Positions 61,346 to 64,000 of a DNA stretch of 64,000 nt are shown in pieces. This DNA comes from Nitrosopumilus sp. GTDB lineage: Archaea > Thermoproteota > Nitrososphaeria > Nitrososphaerales > Nitrosopumilaceae. Every line of letters starts with the position of its first letter. Position 1 is the stretch's first letter. The stretch is from positions 192,001 to 256,000 of the forward strand of contig CBDBLX010000002.1 in the NCBI GenBank assembly GCA_965207445.1. The letters run 5' to 3'. Both the position numbers and the translations under genes were made by a program. The notes beneath the pieces are model-generated. The model was not told the DNA's origin. It ran no database searches and worked only from the letters and a program-made list of their open reading frames with translations.

Positions 61346-62307
61346 CTATCTATATTGTATTTCTTTTGAAATAATTGATACTCTTCGTTTTTCATACTAA
61401 ACTCGTTGTTTTTTGTGGGAAACTGACCGCTCTTAACATCACTTACATATGATGCGACCACTTTTGTGATATCATCTGCCAAATTACAATATCTCTTTAC
61501 AAACTTTGGTTTCAACGCATCGTACATTCCAAGCATATCATGTATTACTAGTACCTGCCCGTCGCATTTTGCACCAGAACCTATTCCTATTGTGGGTATG
61601 CTCACTGATTCTGTAATTGCTTTTGCTACCTCATGAGTCACCATCTCAAGCACTATTGCATATGCACCTGCCTCTTCTAATGCTATGGCATCTGATACAA
61701 GTCTTTTGGCCTCTTGTGCTGTTCTTCCCTGTACTCTATACCCATCTACAAGTGTTGCTGTTTGTGGTTGCAGTCCAATATGTCCCATTACGGGTATTCC
61801 TGCATCTACAATGCCCCTTACCCTTGATAGTACTGTCTCTGCCCCGCCACCTTCTACCTTTACAGAGTCTGCTCCTGCTTTGATGAGTATTCCTGCATTC
61901 TTGATTGCATCTGTGGTACTTGTTTGATATGACATAAATGGCATATCTGCGACTATAACAGCACTCTTTCTTGCTCTATACACTGCACTCACAAATATAC
62001 ACATATCATTGACAGTCACGTGCACTGTACTGTCGTATCCGAGCATCACCATGGCGGCACTGTCCCCTACCATCAAGATATCAACTCCGCCTCTATCACA
62101 CAACGATGCAAGTGTATAGTCATAACTTGTGACTATTGCTATGGGCTCGTGTTGGGCCTTTTTTTTGAGAATATCGCGTATTGTTTTTCTTTTTGCTGCT
62201 GTTGCTGCTGTTGCTGCTGTTCCTGTTGCTACGTTTGTTGCAGTGTTGCCTGCAACAGTGTTTGTTGCAGCATCACTTACTGCATTACTTGTTACATCAC
62301 ATGTCAT
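61342..62307 (-). CDS. panB: Ketopantoate hydroxymethyltransferase
   Basis: MVGDS, ADMPF, VKVEG, GHIGL.PQ, DGQVLV. Confidence 0.95.
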   Translation of the reverse strand: MTCDVTSNAVSDAATNTVAGNTATNVATGTAATAATAAKRKTIRDILKKKAQHEPIAIVTSYDYTLASLCDRGGVDILMVGDSAAMVMLGYDSTVHVTVNDMCIFVSAVYRARKSAVIVADMPFMSYQTSTTDAIKNAGILIKAGADSVKVEGGGAETVLSRVRGIVDAGIPVMGHIGLQPQTATLVDGYRVQGRTAQEAKRLVSDAIALEEAGAYAIVLEMVTHEVAKAITESVSIPTIGIGSGAKCDGQVLVIHDMLGMYDALKPKFVKRYCNLADDITKVVASYVSDVKSGQFPTKNNEFSMKNEEYQLFQKKYNIDR

Positions 62308-63212
62308 ACATCTCTTACCCCTGCAATATCATACTGATGCTTTTGCAAATTTGCACCAATCTGTTTTATAGCCGATTCTAAATTTACCACATTGTCAAAA
62401 TCTGCTTTAATGCGCTCCAACTCTGTGTTTGTTGCATTCATTAAATTGTAACACTCTTGTGCCAACACATCAGATGCCCTAGTTATGTTATCTATTATAC
62501 TAATGTCTGCTGTCTGTGCAGTTCTAGATAATGGATTGAGATCAAATGCAATTACTATTCTTTCTTTTGATCTTTTGAGGGCCGCTGTTCTATCGCCGTC
62601 TTCTAATGGTACAACTACTACATCTGATATCATAATGCCCTCTGCATCCACATTTCTGCGTGCCGAATCTATACCGCTCAAAAATTGCATATCTCTTTTA
62701 TTGGTGCCAAGTACATCAGAGGCTCCACACCTACGCAAATGTTGCGCAATTGCTTTTCTTCTTTGTTCATTATCATAAAAGAGGTTTATCTCTAGTGTGG
62801 CTTTGGTATATTTTGCAATCTTTACTAGTTGTTCTGCACACAGTGCAGCCGCATTACCATTTACAGATATGACTGGACTCTTTGCCATGTGTAGTGTAGC
62901 TGCTGCTGTAGTACACGCTCTTTTTGCCATATCACTAGTATGTTCTCCTAATATGTAATCAAATGCCTCACCTCTACCGTGTGCAAGTAGCCCTTCTGTT
63001 GCTACTAGACCTGATTCGTATCCTTCAACGAGTTTGTGGCGGATGTGTAGAGACTCTGCTCTTGGATGAGAATTTGGTATTGTTGTTGTTGTTAAAGTGC
63101 TCTGTGCAATGATGGCGTCTACATTTGTTTTCATTGATAAAGTATGTTTACTTTTTTTATTGTTATTATTATTCATATTATTATCACCTCGTAAGTCTGG
63201 CACCTTTTTCAT
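62304..63212 (-). CDS. Phosphopantothenate synthetase (archaeal PPS)
   Basis: HPRAESL, AHGRGEAFDY, SVNGN, PLEDGDR, DLNPLSRT. Confidence 0.92.
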   Translation of the reverse strand: MKKVPDLRGDNNMNNNNNKKSKHTLSMKTNVDAIIAQSTLTTTTIPNSHPRAESLHIRHKLVEGYESGLVATEGLLAHGRGEAFDYILGEHTSDMAKRACTTAAATLHMAKSPVISVNGNAAALCAEQLVKIAKYTKATLEINLFYDNEQRRKAIAQHLRRCGASDVLGTNKRDMQFLSGIDSARRNVDAEGIMISDVVVVPLEDGDRTAALKRSKERIVIAFDLNPLSRTAQTADISIIDNITRASDVLAQECYNLMNATNTELERIKADFDNVVNLESAIKQIGANLQKHQYDIAGVRDV

Positions 63213-64000
63213 CGATCTTTGTTTTGATGATTACTTTTGCATCATAATTGTCTAGTATCTGTTGTGCCCTCTTTTCAGCAGTACTGCCAGATTTAATCAT
63301 GCAGAATATGGTCTCACCAAACAACGCAACGCCACATTTTATATGAGCATTTTCAAGATGATTAATTATATTTTGCATTCGCTCAGTTATCACTCCAACA
63401 TATTTTGCAAACTCTAGTGACATTGTCTGAAAGTCCATATAGTTTTTTGATACACATAGATCATTTGTCATCTTTTCTCCCACTCCGTTTATCTTTGAGA
63501 GATGTTGTGTAAGAAACTGCCTTGTAGAGATTGGTGCCAAGCATATGATAATTATGCTCAGATTTGGTGTTTTGATGGTCTGTACTCTACCAACTCCCGG
63601 TGCACCTGGTTTGGTACGTATCTCAAATCCGCCATGATATGCTGCAAGTACATCACCTAGTCCAGTTTGGCACTCTATCTCTGAGGTGTGCGCAATGCCT
63701 CCGATCTGTGTACTTGTCATATGTGTCTCTAGTGCATCATCAAGTGCATATGCAAGTGATAATGCAATTGCACTGCTACCACCAAGCCCATATCCTATTG
63801 GTATTGCTATTTGATGATTTACATTTACTATAACGTTTGTTCTCTTTGATAATTTTAGGAATTTTTCAATCACGTTTTTAGAAATCCCCATCTGCTGTGT
63901 ATTGTCGTCTTTGGTGTGTGATTTTGAAGATGGTGCTGTTGCTGCTGTTGTATGTGCTGTTGCTGTTGCTGCTGCTGTTGTAGTATATGTTATCGTATAT
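63184..64000 (-). CDS. Pantoate kinase (GHMP family); 5' end probably beyond the window
   Basis: PIGYGLGGS, TGLGDV, PGAPG; adjacent to PPS/panB. Confidence 0.88.
   Translation of the reverse strand, partial: YTITYTTTAAATATAHTTAATAPSSKSHTKDDNTQQMGISKNVIEKFLKLSKRTNVIVNVNHQIAIPIGYGLGGSSAIALSLAYALDDALETHMTSTQIGGIAHTSEIECQTGLGDVLAAYHGGFEIRTKPGAPGVGRVQTIKTPNLSIIIICLAPISTRQFLTQHLSKINGVGEKMTNDLCVSKNYMDFQTMSLEFAKYVGVITERMQNIINHLENAHIKCGVALFGETIFCMIKSGSTAEKRAQQILDNYDAKVIIKTKIDEKGARLTR

Overview
A 64-kb chromosomal segment of a Nitrosopumilaceae-like thaumarchaeon. The assignment rests on gene content and order: mscS, bluB, tyrS, cobJ, aspartate kinase, PCNA, TFS/RpoL, glnA, kamA, psmB-aCPSF1-sepF and coaBC-panB-PPS-PoK. 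The AT-rich core is unusual in two ways: conserved proteins carry in-frame microsatellite or low-complexity insertions, and intergenic DNA holds many small mobile elements. These are three copies of a ~150-bp MITE (family A), five copies of a ~58-85-bp MITE with 9-bp target duplications (family B), a 1.36-kb element with family-B ends around passenger genes, an intact IS6-family element nested in a decayed ISH3-like IS, an IS630 remnant and a third 44-bp end motif. A decaying island after tRNA-Val (about 5.25-15.2 kb) holds an integrase pseudogene and secreted-protein/partner pairs. There are two ordinary tRNAs: Arg-CCT with a 15/16 intron, and Val-GAC. The best candidates for something new are an atypical tRNA gene at 39161-39233 (Asp anticodon GTC with alanine identity elements G3:U70 and A73), MITE-end gene capture with poly-G/C junctions, and an SF2 helicase split by a PKD-like domain. 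All family calls are by-eye motif recognition; no searches were run.
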